Origin: Pseudomonadota bacterium
Lineage (GTDB): Bacteria > Desulfobacterota > Desulfobacteria > Desulfobacterales > JBDRRP01
DNA: 49,471 bases
Direction of reading: 5' to 3'
Assembly: GCA_043825735.1 (NCBI GenBank)
Contig: JBDRRP010000004.1
Location: 62,001 to 111,471 of the forward strand
The notes beneath the pieces were generated by a model, which did no database searches, was not told where the DNA came from, and worked only from the letters and a program-made list of their open reading frames with translations. Shown here in pieces: positions 1 through 9,532 of the stretch. The stretch's first letter is position 1. Every line of letters begins with the position of its first letter. A program made the translations under genes and the position numbers.

Positions 1-542
1 GCCTGTCCTTTGTGATGGGCACCACCGGCGGCGACCGGCAAGCGTTGGTCAAAACCGTCACCGCATCGCCTGTCGCCGCGGTCATCGCTCCCAACATGGC
101 CAAACCCATCGTTGGACTACAAGCCATGTTCGAATACGCCGCCGAGCAATTTCCTGGGCTGTTTTCCGGCTACCGGATGACGGTAATAGAGAGTCACCAA
201 CAGGGCAAGGCCGACACCAGCGGTACGGCCAAAGCCGTGGTGCACAGCTTTAACCGCCTGGGGGTGGATTTCCCCCTCGATGCCATCCACAAGGAACGCG
301 ACCCGCAGATCCAGCGACGCGACTGGGGCATTCCAGAGGCTTACCTTGGCGGACACGGATGGCACACCTACAGCCTCACCTCGGCCGACGACACCGTTAC
401 CCTGGCCTTCACCCACAACATCAACGGCCGGGAAGTCTACGCCCACGGCACCCTGGATGCCGCCGCCTTTCTGGCCGCCCGGGTGGCCGAAGGCGCCGCC
501 GGCCGGGTCTATTCGATGATCGATGTGCTGCGGGGGCGCTGA
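1..542 (+). CDS. dapB: Dihydrodipicolinate reductase (plant/deltaproteobacterial-type), 5'-truncated by the window edge
   Basis: GTTG dinucleotide motif, APNM, ESHQQGKADTSGTA substrate-binding motif and C-terminal VYSMIDVL; frame is open to the window start. Confidence 0.88.
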   Translation, partial: LSFVMGTTGGDRQALVKTVTASPVAAVIAPNMAKPIVGLQAMFEYAAEQFPGLFSGYRMTVIESHQQGKADTSGTAKAVVHSFNRLGVDFPLDAIHKERDPQIQRRDWGIPEAYLGGHGWHTYSLTSADDTVTLAFTHNINGREVYAHGTLDAAAFLAARVAEGAAGRVYSMIDVLRGR

Positions 543-546
543 AGAG

Positions 547-668
547 CAATTTTGACAAACTCGTAAAAATGCATTTTTCTCGCAAAGACGCCAAGTGCGC
601 CAAAAAAACATTTTTAATATCAATCCCTTAGCTTTGCGAGTGATTCGGACTTTTTACGGGGCCGTCAA
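547..668. repeat. Palindromic intergenic element, copy 1 (REP/MITE-like)
   Basis: TTGACAAACTCGTAAAAA ... TTTTTACGGGGCCGTCAA outer arms; inner CTCGCAAAG/CTTTGCGAG arms; close copy at 8302-8445. Confidence 0.85.
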
Positions 669-670
669 CT

Positions 671-1140
671 TTGATGGCCCTGTAAAAAGTCTGAAATCAC
701 CACAGAGAACGCAGAGATAGCTTATTAGTTAGCGTCCATCCATGGGCAGCCTCTTGCTCCCTCTCCCCACCAAGGGGGGTATTTATGGATGGGCACTGAC
801 TATCTTTTTCGCTTATCCAGGAAGCTCAAGCCACAACCGGATGCCATTGCAATCGGAAAAAATCATATCACTGCGAAGTTCAAGGAACACACGGGTTTTT
901 TTAACCCAAAAAGAATATTTCTCGCGCAGAGGCGCGGAGACGCAGAGAACTGCGGAAAATGGAATTGCGCGAGTGTTTTTCCCTGCGTCTCTGCGCCTCT
1001 GCGCGAGATATGAATTATAAAAGCTTCGCGCCCTCCATGACTCCGTGATTCAACATCACTGTGGGAAGAGACCTACTGGAGCATTATGCATAAGCGTAGT
1101 AGCTTTTTTCTCTGTTTTCCTCTGCGGTCTCTGTGGTTCA
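671..1140. repeat. Nested palindromic elements
   Basis: CCACAGAGAACGCAGAG (~700-716) pairs with CTCTGCGGTCTCTGTGG (~1120-1136). Inside, TCTCGCGCAGAGGCGCGGAGACGCAG (~920-945) pairs with CTGCGTCTCTGCGCCTCTGCGCGAGA (~983-1008). Confidence 0.8.
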
Positions 1141-1158
1141 ACATCACTCTTTCCGGTT

Positions 1159-2409
1159 TTACAGCAAATCTGCGATCCGTCGCCGCAGCAGGTGATCCAG
1201 CGCTGCGATCACGACCGGGGTGTGGCGCCCGGGCGCCAGCGGTGGGAGGTGAATGGGCACGCCAAAACGGATGGTTACGGGATGCGGACGGGGTCGATGG
1301 GTCCAACGGGGCATCACCGGGTAGGCGCCGGCAATGCCCACCGGAACAATGGGTACGCCAAAAGTCAGCAGAAGGCGCAGCGCGCCCCGGCGCAGCGGCA
1401 GCATCCTGCCGTCCCAGGAGCGCTCGCCCTCGGGAAAGAGCCCCAGCAGGCGGCCGCCGGCGACGATGCGCCGGGCATTTCTCACGGCCTGAGCGTCCAC
1501 AGCGTAGCGGCGCACCGGAAATGCATAAAGCCGGCGCAGCAGAAACGCCATGGCCGGGTCGCGAAATTCGCTGTTTTTGGTCATGAAACCGATGGGGCGG
1601 TCCAGCGCGGCCCCCAGTAAAATGGCGTCTAAAAACGACCCGTGATTGGGCAAAATGACTGCCGGCCCCGTGGCAGGCACATGGTGGCGGCCATGAACCG
1701 TCACCGGTAGCCGGGGATAGATCAGCCCCCGCACGACCGGGCCCAGCAGGGTGAACAACAGCGGGCGGGCGCTGCCGTCGCGCTCTGTTGCTGGAAAATC
1801 AGCGACCGGGCGCACGCGGGCGCATCGGTTTTGCCGGGCATTGTCTTCGGCAAAGAGCAGCCGGGGGTAGTAGGCCTTAATGCGCGCCGGTGCGTGGTAG
1901 GCGTCCAGTGCACTTCGCAACGCGTCTTCCCAGCATTTGCCGACGCCGCCGGCAAACCGGAAAAAATATGCAGGGCGACGGGCCACGCCGACGATCACGG
2001 TATTGCTCTCGATCGTGACACCCGTCAGACGGTGAAAGGAAATGGTTTTCGCTCCCCGAGGGCCGGTGAAAACGAGCGCATCGTCTCTGAGAGTCAGACG
2101 CACGGTGCCGGCCAGCCGCCGGTCATAATGACCTGCAGCAAGGCTGCCGGCCAGGCGTCGCCAGCAGCGGTAGCGTTCCCGGTAAAGCCTCACCCCAGAC
2201 GCCCGCATCAGCACCCCCCCGGCATCGGCGTCCAGGGGAAACGCTCGCACCTGATCATACCAGGCACCGATGGCGTCGGTGGTGCCGTTGAGACTCAACG
2301 CCGTCCGCCCCTGAATCGCCACCATGGCAGTGCAATGGCGACACCGGTTCCGATTCAGCCAGTCAAATGCCCCGCAGCGGGGGCAACGATAAAGGATACG
2401 CTGGAGCAT
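1159..2409 (-). CDS. Lysophospholipid (1-acyl-G3P) acyltransferase family protein with an N-terminal Zn-ribbon extension
   Basis: NHGSFLD (HX4D) and FPEGERS motifs in the C-terminal half; CPRC...CRHC at the N-terminus. Confidence 0.85.
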   Translation of the reverse strand: MLQRILYRCPRCGAFDWLNRNRCRHCTAMVAIQGRTALSLNGTTDAIGAWYDQVRAFPLDADAGGVLMRASGVRLYRERYRCWRRLAGSLAAGHYDRRLAGTVRLTLRDDALVFTGPRGAKTISFHRLTGVTIESNTVIVGVARRPAYFFRFAGGVGKCWEDALRSALDAYHAPARIKAYYPRLLFAEDNARQNRCARVRPVADFPATERDGSARPLLFTLLGPVVRGLIYPRLPVTVHGRHHVPATGPAVILPNHGSFLDAILLGAALDRPIGFMTKNSEFRDPAMAFLLRRLYAFPVRRYAVDAQAVRNARRIVAGGRLLGLFPEGERSWDGRMLPLRRGALRLLLTFGVPIVPVGIAGAYPVMPRWTHRPRPHPVTIRFGVPIHLPPLAPGRHTPVVIAALDHLLRRRIADLL

Positions 2410-2700
2410 GATACATCACATGTTGTGGGTGGACATCCACGCTTTATCACAGGGGGCGGAGACGGTCACGGGGCAATATGGTCCCCCGTCATCAGGACGA
2501 TGGCGCTGCCGGTCTCGTCACCGCAGAAAATGGGCTCACCCCTCAGGCGAGAAAACACCTTGCCTGGGAAAAATGATCTTATGGTCGGTTGGTATCGCAA
2601 AAACCACTGGGCATTTTCATCCCTCCTGTGGTATGGAAATGCCCTCCACAAGCACCGCAACTGATATCGGCAACGGACACTTCACGGACGGGACAGTGGC

Positions 2701-5280
2701 ATGACCACGACGACGACCGGACGCATCTCCGAAGACCCGGTTTATATCGGACGCATCCTGAACGGCCCCCACTCAGATGCGCTCAAAGAGTACCTGCGCG
2801 GTCGCATCAGCCAGTGCCTGGGATTCGACGATACCGGCAGCCCTGCCATTTTCTATATTTCCGCCTGGGAAAACGCACAGGAAACCATCTGGTACGAATA
2901 TGTCAGCAGCGGATTTCTCGAGCTCTTCGGCTGCGATGGCAAAAGCCTGCCCGCAATTTTTCGCGACAGCATCCTCGAACGACGAGTGTATCACTATGCG
3001 GAGTCCGGCAACCGCATCATCAAAGAGATCTACAGTCGGGACGAACTAAAACGGATTCGCAAGGCCCTCAGAGAAAAAGGCACCGCCTCGGGCATGGTGG
3101 AAGCCATCTACAAGATCGCCACGCCCGAAGGGCACCCCCGCTGGCTCAAGGACAGGGCCAACGTGGTGCTTTTTGAAAACGACGGGGTTTGCCTGTCCGT
3201 TGGAAATCTGGTGGACGTCACCAAGGAAATGGAAGCCGAAGAACAGCTCAAGATGACGCAGTTGGCCCTGAAGGCCGCCAAGGACGAAGCCGAAACGGCC
3301 AACCGGGTCAAAAGCGAATTTCTGGCCAACATCAGTCATGAAGTGCGCACACCGCTCAATGGCATCATGGGCATGTGCGAGTTGATCGAGCGCACCGAAC
3401 TCGACCGCCGCCAGCGAGAATATGTACACATCCTTAGGACCGCTGCGCGCTCCCTGCTCCTGCTCATCAACGATATCCTCGATTTTTCCAAGACCGAATC
3501 GGGCGCGCTTCGCCTGGAACGGCTCCCCTTCATCAGTCGAAACATCATGGAGGACATCCGCGATATTTTCCTTGAACGCATCGCCGAAAAAGACATCGAG
3601 ATGCGGATCGATCTGTCACCGGACGTCCCCGAGCAACTGATCGGTGATCCGCTCCGATTAAGGCAGGTGCTGCTCAACCTTATCGACAACGCGCTGAAAT
3701 TCACCAAGCAGGGATCTATCCGCATCAGCGTGGGCACCAACGGCATCGTGGACGGCAGGGAAGAGCTGATCTTCTGCGTCCGGGATACGGGCATCGGCAT
3801 CGCCCCCGACATCCAGGAATTTCTTTTCGACGCCTTTAGACAGGCCGATGGTTCTGCCAGCCGAAAATACGGGGGCACCGGTCTCGGGCTGGCTATCTGC
3901 AAGCGCATCACCGAGCTCATGGACGGCAGCATCTGGGTGGAAAGTACGCCCGGCGAAGGCAGCGCGTTTTACTTCACGGCCCGGTTTCGCCATTACACCG
4001 ACAACGGTGAGGCGGAATATGACGTGCCCGAACGGATTCAGGGGCTAAAGGCCCTGATTGTCGAAGACAACCGCTCCACCCAGTTTATCCTCCGGCGCAC
4101 CATGGAATCCTTCGGATGCCGCGTGGTGACCGCCTTTTCGGCGGAAGAAGCACTGGCCGCCTATGAATCCCAGCCCCCGGAAACCCCCTTCGACGTCATC
4201 CTGATGGACATTGCCCTGCCCGGCATGGACGGCATCACGGCCGCCGAGGCCATCAAGCGGGTCCACCGCCTCCCGGCCCCACCCATCATCGTCATCAGCG
4301 CCTCCGGCCGTGACGACGAGATCCAACGCGCAGAAGCCGCCGGTGTGGACAGCTACCTGGTGAAGCCAGTCAAAAAATCGGTACTGCTCAACACACTCAA
4401 GGAAATTTTTGGCATTCGGCTGGGCAGAAGGGTCATGGCCGATGGTGACGATAAGGACCTGGCTGCCCAGTTTTCAGGGCTGCGCATCCTTGTGGTGGAG
4501 GACAACCCCATCAATCGCCGGGTGGCCCGTGAGGTGCTCAAGACGGCAGACATCCGCGTCGATCTTGTGGACTGCGGAAAAGATGCCGTTGCCGCGGCGG
4601 CACAACAACGTTATGACGCCATTTTGATGGATATCCAGATGCCCGGCATGGACGGCATCGAGACCACCGAGCGCATCCGCCGGAAACTGGGCGAAGACGC
4701 GCCGCCCATCATTGCCATGACGGCCTATACGATGGCCGGCGACAGGGAAAAGTTCATCGCTGCCGGCCTGAGCGATTACATCCCCAAGCCTTTGGAGCGA
4801 CGGCAGGTATTTGCCACATTGCGCAAATACATCCAGTCGGTGGCCACGGAACCGATTTACAGCGAGCGTCAGATCCCACTGCCGGAACAGATTTTACCGG
4901 TAGCGCCGGAATCTTTGGAAGGTCTGGACGTGGTCGACGCCATGAAAAGATTTCAGGGTAACTGGTGGCTTTATACAGATGTGCTTGATACGACCTGTCG
5001 CAGCGTCGCCTTCCAGTTTGAAGAAACTGCGGATCCCATCACGCATGAATCGGTAGAAACCCTGGCCGCCAATGCCGGCACCCTAAAAGAAGCCGCTATC
5101 CGCATCGCCGCCCCGGAGCTGCTGGCCGCGGCCGCCGCCGTTATCGATGCGCTGGACGCTGCGGACGCAAGCGCGCTTTCCGTTGCCACCACCCGGCTTC
5201 ACACCCAGTTGGCAACGGTCAAACGATCTGCAGAACGCCTCCGGCGCAGTTTCAACGCACCGACACACACCAGCGAATAA
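2701..5280 (+). CDS. Hybrid sensor histidine kinase (PAS-like, HisKA, HATPase, REC, REC, degenerate Hpt)
   Basis: FLANISHEVRTPLNGI H-box; NLIDNALKFT; DTGIG; GGTGLGL; two LMD(I)xxPGMDG receiver domains. Confidence 0.93.
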   Translation: MTTTTTGRISEDPVYIGRILNGPHSDALKEYLRGRISQCLGFDDTGSPAIFYISAWENAQETIWYEYVSSGFLELFGCDGKSLPAIFRDSILERRVYHYAESGNRIIKEIYSRDELKRIRKALREKGTASGMVEAIYKIATPEGHPRWLKDRANVVLFENDGVCLSVGNLVDVTKEMEAEEQLKMTQLALKAAKDEAETANRVKSEFLANISHEVRTPLNGIMGMCELIERTELDRRQREYVHILRTAARSLLLLINDILDFSKTESGALRLERLPFISRNIMEDIRDIFLERIAEKDIEMRIDLSPDVPEQLIGDPLRLRQVLLNLIDNALKFTKQGSIRISVGTNGIVDGREELIFCVRDTGIGIAPDIQEFLFDAFRQADGSASRKYGGTGLGLAICKRITELMDGSIWVESTPGEGSAFYFTARFRHYTDNGEAEYDVPERIQGLKALIVEDNRSTQFILRRTMESFGCRVVTAFSAEEALAAYESQPPETPFDVILMDIALPGMDGITAAEAIKRVHRLPAPPIIVISASGRDDEIQRAEAAGVDSYLVKPVKKSVLLNTLKEIFGIRLGRRVMADGDDKDLAAQFSGLRILVVEDNPINRRVAREVLKTADIRVDLVDCGKDAVAAAAQQRYDAILMDIQMPGMDGIETTERIRRKLGEDAPPIIAMTAYTMAGDREKFIAAGLSDYIPKPLERRQVFATLRKYIQSVATEPIYSERQIPLPEQILPVAPESLEGLDVVDAMKRFQGNWWLYTDVLDTTCRSVAFQFEETADPITHESVETLAANAGTLKEAAIRIAAPELLAAAAAVIDALDAADASALSVATTRLHTQLATVKRSAERLRRSFNAPTHTSE

Positions 5281-5334
5281 GGCAGACCCGGTAGACGGTT
5301 CCCCAAAGCACCGCCCCCGTCACCCGCTGTCACC

Positions 5335-5358
5335 ATCGACAATCAACAATCAACAATC
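5335..5358. repeat. Heptamer tandem repeat (ATCAACA) x3.4
   Basis: ATCGACA ATCAACA ATCAACA ATC, overlapping the stop codon of the convergent gene. Confidence 0.6.
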
Positions 5359-6315
5359 CCCCCCCCGCTGCACCACACCGGTGAGGCATCCCACTGCGCC
5401 GGCGGCCTTGATGAGTTCGTCCACCGCAACGCAGGTGCAATCGATGCCCAGGTTTTCATAAAAGGCCTGCGTTTGCGGGTTTCCCCCCGGCATGAGAAAA
5501 CGCCGGGGTCCCAGGGTCACCCCATTGAGCGCAAATCCCTGCTGTGCTTCTACCTCACTGGGAATGAACGCCATCTGAAACCCTTTTTCGCGCAACAGGG
5601 CCACCGCCGCTGGCGAAAGTCGCCCGGGCCATGCCACGGCCAGATCGCGGTCCATGATGCGCAGCATCCCCATCAGGTGCATGGCACCGCGCGGCAGATC
5701 CACGGCATGGACACTGACGCCCATGGGCGCGAGCACATCAACGAGTTGACGCACGGCGGCATCGTTTGTGCGCAGTCCCTTTCCCACCAGCACCGTCTCG
5801 GCATCGACCCACATGGCGTCCGCCCCTTCGAAAACACCGTCGCCGGAAATGGTCCGTAAAATGGGGATCCCGGCCCCGGCCAGCCAGGCTGCGGTAACCC
5901 GCTCCTCTCCGGCCCGCACGGTCGATGCCGGCCTGGCCAGAATGGCGCCTTCGGGTGTCATGAAAAATAGATCGGCCATGAACATCTGGTTGGGACGCGC
6001 CGGCGAATCGGGGTGCAGATGAGACACGGTCACCCCCGCCGCGCGATAAGCATCCGCCATCGCCCGGTGCTGCGTGGCGGCCCTGTGCAGATCCAGAGGG
6101 GCCAGCATCTGGGCGGCATTGGGAGCGGCAGCCGCCGCGGCCAGTTCCTGCCCGGGTTCATGAAGGAGCACGGCCTTCAGGGGCTCCCACTCGGTTGCCA
6201 CACCGCAGGCGTTCCAGAGCGTACCAAGCTCATCTCTAAGCGCTTGGCCCCGTGGCTGCCAACCCTCTCCGCCGTAGGCAGCCTGCGCAATCCATGCCGG
6301 TTCGTCACCCATCAC
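5350..6315 (-). CDS. Amidinotransferase / arginine deiminase / DDAH superfamily protein
   Basis: EWEPLKAVLLHEP, NQMFMAD, RAGEE, FEGAD, MHL and C-terminal GAVGCLT (catalytic Cys) pentein motifs. Confidence 0.85.
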   Translation of the reverse strand: MMGDEPAWIAQAAYGGEGWQPRGQALRDELGTLWNACGVATEWEPLKAVLLHEPGQELAAAAAAPNAAQMLAPLDLHRAATQHRAMADAYRAAGVTVSHLHPDSPARPNQMFMADLFFMTPEGAILARPASTVRAGEERVTAAWLAGAGIPILRTISGDGVFEGADAMWVDAETVLVGKGLRTNDAAVRQLVDVLAPMGVSVHAVDLPRGAMHLMGMLRIMDRDLAVAWPGRLSPAAVALLREKGFQMAFIPSEVEAQQGFALNGVTLGPRRFLMPGGNPQTQAFYENLGIDCTCVAVDELIKAAGAVGCLTGVVQRGGDC

Positions 6316-6555
6316 ATCCTCCTCGAATAAATCATGTTCCGCCCTCGGCGACGGTCTGCCGGCAAGGGACGTCTCCGCGCCATGAGGGCGCTGTGCCGAT
6401 TCTCATACCAGAGAGTCGGTGTGACCACCATCTTGAAAACCGGCGCTTTCTGCATAAGCGCAAATCGTTATTGTGTGCTACTTTATATCGCTCGGACCGG
6501 ATATTGTCCGTCGACAGAGGATCAGCAGATAACGCACCTGCCGAGGAGCGCATCG

Positions 6556-7278
6556 ATGTTCTTGGAAAAAGACCACACCCTGGTCGTGTGCTTCGACCTG
6601 GACGACACCCTCATGGACCACGCAAGCGCCATTATTGGCGGCGCCCGGCAGTTTTACGCCGATCATCGCCATGTCTTCGATTTGCCTGAATCGGACTTTG
6701 TGGCACGCTGGGTCCAGCGTATCGAGGCAGCCTATCAGCGATATCTTCACGAGGGCCTGTCCCTGGAAGACGCCCGGCGCTGGCGCGTGCAAAGCCTGTT
6801 TGCAGAGGCCGGCGCAGCCCTGAGTGATGCCGCGGCAGACACTGCCGTGGCGCAGGCCATCGCCGCGTACAGAGATCACTGGCGGTTGTTTGATGACGTA
6901 CGCCCCTGCCTTGAAGCATTGCAAGGCCGCTTCCCGCTGGCCGTCATCACCAACGGCAGCGCCGACCAGCAGAGCCAAAAACTGCTCCAACTGGGCATCC
7001 GCTCGGTGTTTGAGGCCGTCATCGTCTCAGAAACCGCCGGGAGCGCCAAGCCGGCCCCCGACATTTTCAGGCATGCCGCCCGGCAGCTGGGTACGACGCC
7101 GGCACGCTGCCTCCACGTGGGCGATCGGTGGGACATCGATGTCACCGGTGCCCGGAGTGCCGGCTTTCGGGCCGTGTGGCTCAACCGCTCAGGGCAGCCC
7201 CGGACCCCAGCGGCATCTGATGTGGCGGAACTGACATCGCTGACAACACTACCCCAACTGGTTGAGGCTCAGGCATGA
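6556..7278 (+). CDS. HAD-superfamily hydrolase (YjjG/YigB-like)
   Basis: FDLDDTL motif I, ITNG, KP..IF, HVGD..D; GAGGAG RBS before ATG 6556. Confidence 0.88.
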   Translation: MFLEKDHTLVVCFDLDDTLMDHASAIIGGARQFYADHRHVFDLPESDFVARWVQRIEAAYQRYLHEGLSLEDARRWRVQSLFAEAGAALSDAAADTAVAQAIAAYRDHWRLFDDVRPCLEALQGRFPLAVITNGSADQQSQKLLQLGIRSVFEAVIVSETAGSAKPAPDIFRHAARQLGTTPARCLHVGDRWDIDVTGARSAGFRAVWLNRSGQPRTPAASDVAELTSLTTLPQLVEAQA

Positions 7279-7372
7279 CGATGCACGAAAAGCTACAGAA
7301 CAGAATACTTCTTCTATTCTTAACTTTTCCCGCTTATTCATTGCCAGGACCGCCGCCTCGCTGCGCGCCCCG

Positions 7373-8146
7373 ATGCCATCGCCCATGATTTCATCGGAGG
7401 CCACTACCCTGTTCACCGCGCTCGCCTACGCCGGCATCATCAGTTTTGCCGCCGGTGTCCACGGGACCATCGGCATCGGTTTTCCCCTCATCGCCACACC
7501 GCTGCTGGCCCTGGTCACGGATGTGCGCACCGCCATCCTGATGCTGGTTCTGCCAACGATGGTGATCAATGTGGCCAATATTCTCAAAGGCGGCCGGTGG
7601 GCTCGCAGTATCGCCGTCTACTGGCCCCTGGCCGTCTATGGCATGATCGGCAGCGCTATCGGCACCCGTCTCCTGGTGGTCGTCTCCCCGGAGGTTTTCC
7701 GCCCACTGCTGGCCGCCATGCTGGTGCTTTACCTCAACGCCGAGCGCCTGGGCGTCGGTTTTTCGTGGGTACACCGTCACCCACGGATCGCGGTTGCCGT
7801 TTTCGGACTGGCCGCGGGCGTATTGGGCGGGACAGTGAACGTCATGCTGCCGGCACTGATCATCTTCGCCCTGGAAGTCCGGATGGCGAAAACAGTCATG
7901 ATCCAGGTGTTCAATTTTTGTTTTCTCTTCGGCAAACTGACGCAAGGGGCGGTCTTCGCCGGAGCCGGACTCATGACGGCCGAGGTGCTCTCGGCTTCTG
8001 CGCCCCTGGCCGCGTTGGGGCTGTTGGCGATGCTGGCCGGAATGCGCATCCGCGACAAGATCCCCACCGAGACCTACCGCCAGTGGCTGCGGCGCCTGCT
8101 GACCGTGCTGGCCGTGCTCCTCATGGTCCAGTTCTTCAGGGGATAA
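7373..8146 (+). CDS. Sulfite exporter TauE/SafE family membrane protein
   Basis: AAGVHGTIGIGFPLIATPLL and GLAAGVLGG repeats, about 8 hydrophobic segments; start uncertain (7373 or 7385). Confidence 0.8.
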   Translation: MPSPMISSEATTLFTALAYAGIISFAAGVHGTIGIGFPLIATPLLALVTDVRTAILMLVLPTMVINVANILKGGRWARSIAVYWPLAVYGMIGSAIGTRLLVVVSPEVFRPLLAAMLVLYLNAERLGVGFSWVHRHPRIAVAVFGLAAGVLGGTVNVMLPALIIFALEVRMAKTVMIQVFNFCFLFGKLTQGAVFAGAGLMTAEVLSASAPLAALGLLAMLAGMRIRDKIPTETYRQWLRRLLTVLAVLLMVQFFRG

Positions 8147-8301
8147 CAGCGAAACCTGTTGCGCGTGCAGAGGCGCAGGGGCGCAGAGAAACCCGCACAA
8201 CGTGCTGCAAAAAGTTTTTCTCGATTATACACGATGCTCCAGTAAACAATTGGTCGACAAAGGAACCCATGCATCAAGCTCAAGGTTCAATACTCAACAC
8301 T

Positions 8302-8445
8302 CAATTTTGACAAACTCGTAAAAAAGCAATTTTCTCGCAAAGACGCCAAGCGCGCCAAGAAAAAATTATTTAATATCAATGCGTTAACTTTGCGATCTTT
8401 GCGGCTTTGCGAGAGATACCGACTTTTTACAGGTTCATCAATTTT
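8302..8445. repeat. Palindromic intergenic element, copy 2 (complete)
   Basis: Outer TTGACAAACTCGTAAAAA / TTTTTACAGGTTCATCAA; inner TCTCGCAAAGACGCCAAG / CTTTGCGGCTTTGCGAGA; central TATCAATGCGTTA; preceded by TCAAnnn heptamers at ~8274-8304. Confidence 0.85.
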
Positions 8446-8457
8446 CAAGACAGCCCG

Positions 8458-8702
8458 CTATGCGAGGGCCAGGCGCCCGATGGCCTCGATGTGCCGCTCA
8501 TCGGTTCCGCAGCAACCGCCCAGGATGGTAAAACCGTGCTCCCGGTAAAGACGGTTGACCCCGGCGGCCAGGACTTCGGGCGCGTCGCAGGCCAGGTGAT
8601 CCAGATTGTCGAGGGCCTTGGGCGGATGACAAACCCGAGGATGTAGGGACAGCCGGCGTCTGAGAGCGCCCGGGCCAGTCCCAGAGCTTCAGGTAACGAT
8701 GG
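8458..8702 (-). pseudogene. Remnant of a homocysteine S-methyltransferase family gene
   Basis: Manual translation gives ...PKALDNLDHLACDAPEVLAAGVNRLYREHGFTILGGCCGTDERHIEAIGRLALA* (GGCC Zn motif). An upstream piece in another frame reads PSLPEALGLARALSDAGCPYILGFV. No start codon or N-terminus. Confidence 0.75.
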
Positions 8703-8797
8703 ATGAGGGCCTTTCTATACAGGAAGCCTCCCGGGATACCAAGGGCGATGCGCGACAGCCTGAAGTCGCTGTGATGACGCTGATGAACGCCGCTGCA

Positions 8798-9262
8798 TCA
8801 GCGGGCGGGCGAGCGCACCGCAAACACCCGGCCGCCATCGGGCGGAGACTGCCCGTTCCACCCTTCCCCGCCGTAGCTGAAACTGTACACCCAGCGCGCG
8901 GGTGCGCCGTCATCACGGGTCGCCCAGGCCCAGTAGCCCGCATTTCGGAAGACATCGGCAAGGTGTGTCATGCCGTCGCCGAAGTGGTGCAAGGAGCTCA
9001 TTTCAGCAGCAGTCGGCATTCGCCAGCGGCCGTCGGCGCTGGCCAGCGCGGCAACCCATTGACGGGCGCCATCCCAGGACGTTGCCCGGTCGGGCCCCTG
9101 CCGCCACACCAGACCGGTCGTTGCATCGGCGATTGCGCCGTCCTCGGTTTGAACGAACCGATAATCCGGCGCTGCCGACGGCCGGCCCAATGCCGCCACC
9201 GCCAGCGCGATCCAGACCGCCAGCAGTATACCGAGAAACCAGGGAGTATTTGATGAAGGCAT
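8798..9262 (-). CDS. Secreted DUF1566 (Lcl C-terminal-like) domain protein
   Basis: Signal-like N-terminus; D.TTGLVW, W.GA..W, WRMPT..E, YW motifs. Confidence 0.78.
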   Translation of the reverse strand: MPSSNTPWFLGILLAVWIALAVAALGRPSAAPDYRFVQTEDGAIADATTGLVWRQGPDRATSWDGARQWVAALASADGRWRMPTAAEMSSLHHFGDGMTHLADVFRNAGYWAWATRDDGAPARWVYSFSYGGEGWNGQSPPDGGRVFAVRSPAR

Positions 9263-9532
9263 ACGGCCATCCTTTCATAACGGGATTGCGCTTCTCTACG
9301 AAGCGCCAGTTTAGCGTCAAAGGGCGGTGTCTCCGATGACATTGTGATCACTAATGTTTCCAGCAGGCGCCGGTGTCGCAGGCTTTCTCCTTTTCGACCC
9401 CGCCATCGGCGCTTGTATTCTGAAAGAGTATGACGCGCTATTGCCAGGTCAAGGGGCGGCGGATATTGCGTTCACATTCTCGATGGTTTATGACATCGGC
9501 TGATCTTGGAACATCCCATTGAAGGAGCAACG

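Noticed and set aside
742..1020. Small ORFs across repeats (742-1020, 789-1013, 18275-18886, 40272-40679, 42963-43292)
   Set aside because: Peptides such as SRRGAETQR, PNDPNDPND and TTKFTKDTK are translations of the repeat arms, with no other coding support.
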